Source of the DNA: Candidatus Saccharimonadota bacterium
GTDB taxonomy: Bacteria > Patescibacteriota > Microgenomatia > UBA1406 > GWC2-37-13
DNA: 32,000 bases
Reading direction: 5' to 3'
Assembly (NCBI GenBank): GCA_016432445.1
Contig: CP066689.1
Location: 750,001-782,000, forward strand
This document shows positions 31,103-32,000 of the stretch, piece by piece. The position numbers were made by a program, and so were the translations under genes. Under the pieces are notes generated by a model. It saw only the letters and a program-made list of their open reading frames with translations. It did no database searches and had not been told where the DNA came from. How positions within the stretch are numbered: position 1 is the stretch's first letter; each line of letters begins with the position of its first letter.

Positions 31103-32000
31103 ATGGCCACGAAAAAACAAGAATATGGTGCAGAATCGATAGTAGTATTGGAAGGACTTGAACCCGTAAGAAAACGACCCGCCATGTACATAGGCTCTAC
31201 CTCACAGGTTGGTGTTAACCACTGCCTTAACGAAATAGTCGATAACGCCATTGATGAAGCCTTAGCCGGCTTTTGTAAAAATGTCAATGTCATCATCAAT
31301 GAAAATAATTACATGACTGTTTTTGATGACGGACGAGGAATCCCAATTGATAAAGTACCCAAATATAATGTCTCAGCTCTTGAACTTGTCATGACTAAAC
31401 TTCACGCCGGAGGAAAATTTGGTCAAGGAGCATATAAAGTTTCAGGAGGTCTTCACGGAGTCGGCGCTTCTGTGGTCAATGCCTTGTCAGAGCACGTTAT
31501 TGTTGAGGTCAAACGCAACGGTCAGCTTTATAAACAAGAATATAAAAAAGGAAAACCTACAGGACCGGTTTCTAAAATTAAAGAATCTGTATTAGGTTTC
31601 CCTTTTGAAACCGGTACTGCTTTTTCATTTCTTCCCGATAAAGAAATCTTTCAGGAAACAACCGAAATTAATTACACTAACTTCAAAAAACAGGTTAAGG
31701 AAAGAGCTTACCTTGTACCAACTGTTTATTTTAAGATCAGCAACAAAAAAAATAATGACCGGGTCAGCTATTATTTTGACGGTGGCATAATTTCTTTGCT
31801 CCGTGATATGAACCGCGGTAAAAAAGCGCTTCATGATCCAATTTCAATCAAAAAACAAAGCGACGATAAAGAAATCGATGTTGCCATTCAATATAATGAC
31901 TCTATAAACGAACACGTTTACTCATTTGTAAACGTCATTAATACCCATGAAGGGGGAACTCATTTAACCGGCTTTAGGTCAGCTTTAACCAAATCAATTA
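31103..32000 (+). CDS. gyrB: DNA gyrase subunit B (N-terminal part; continues beyond window end)
   Basis: Absent from the track because it runs off the edge. Hand translation gives MATKKQEYGAESIVVLEGLEPVRKRPAMYIGST...HCLNEIVDNAIDEALAG...GGLHGVGASVVNALS. Confidence 0.95.
   Translation, partial: MATKKQEYGAESIVVLEGLEPVRKRPAMYIGSTSQVGVNHCLNEIVDNAIDEALAGFCKNVNVIINENNYMTVFDDGRGIPIDKVPKYNVSALELVMTKLHAGGKFGQGAYKVSGGLHGVGASVVNALSEHVIVEVKRNGQLYKQEYKKGKPTGPVSKIKESVLGFPFETGTAFSFLPDKEIFQETTEINYTNFKKQVKERAYLVPTVYFKISNKKNNDRVSYYFDGGIISLLRDMNRGKKALHDPISIKKQSDDKEIDVAIQYNDSINEHVYSFVNVINTHEGGTHLTGFRSALTKSI

Noticed and set aside
31042-31299. 85-aa minus-strand ORF
   Set aside because: Antisense to the unambiguous gyrB N-terminus.
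1-32000. CRISPR arrays, rRNA genes, transposase/integrase/RT genes
   Set aside because: No regularly spaced direct repeats and no recognisable rRNA or recombinase-like ORFs were seen on reading both strands.

Overview
AT-rich, tightly packed bacterial chromosome segment. The gene content includes an ADP-forming acetyl-CoA synthetase, a GT39-type membrane glycosyltransferase, a ThyA-like protein with a long N-terminal extension, an RF1 lacking domain 1, several orphan genes, and rpsF-ssb-rpsR and rplJ-rplL operons. This is what I would expect from a reduced-genome fermentative bacterium such as a CPR/Patescibacteria member (inference; no search was run). I support about 35 CDSs. Two of them run off the window edges and are missing from the ORF track: a ThyA-like gene at 1-1381(-) and gyrB at 31103-32000(+). 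I recognised no rRNA, tRNA or CRISPR array. TGA is used as a stop codon (e.g. 13573-13575, 26549-26551), so the standard code applies. Most of the window is housekeeping. Two regions stand out. (1) 5.89-7.92 kb holds a textbook T-box (tRNA-sensing) leader. It has a K-turn, a specifier loop, a UGGUACC bulge and a competing terminator. It controls a phosphoribosyltransferase-like gene plus a LOG/SLOG-like gene rather than an aaRS or amino-acid gene. (2) 9.03-11.53 kb is a ~2.5 kb island that is nearly protein-free and dense in RNA structure. It contains three paralogous promoter-leader-terminator modules, two copies of a ~120-nt two-hairpin RNA with compensatory base changes, and two cassettes. 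The cassettes share a conserved 5' hairpin and 3' hairpin/terminator but carry unrelated, visibly G+C-richer cargo. One cargo is a 26-aa ORF plus a 184-aa orphan ORF; the other is ~120 nt. This island is my best candidate for an undescribed system. Several families of palindromic, MITE/REP-like elements are also scattered through the window, including one translated in frame inside the glycosyltransferase gene.
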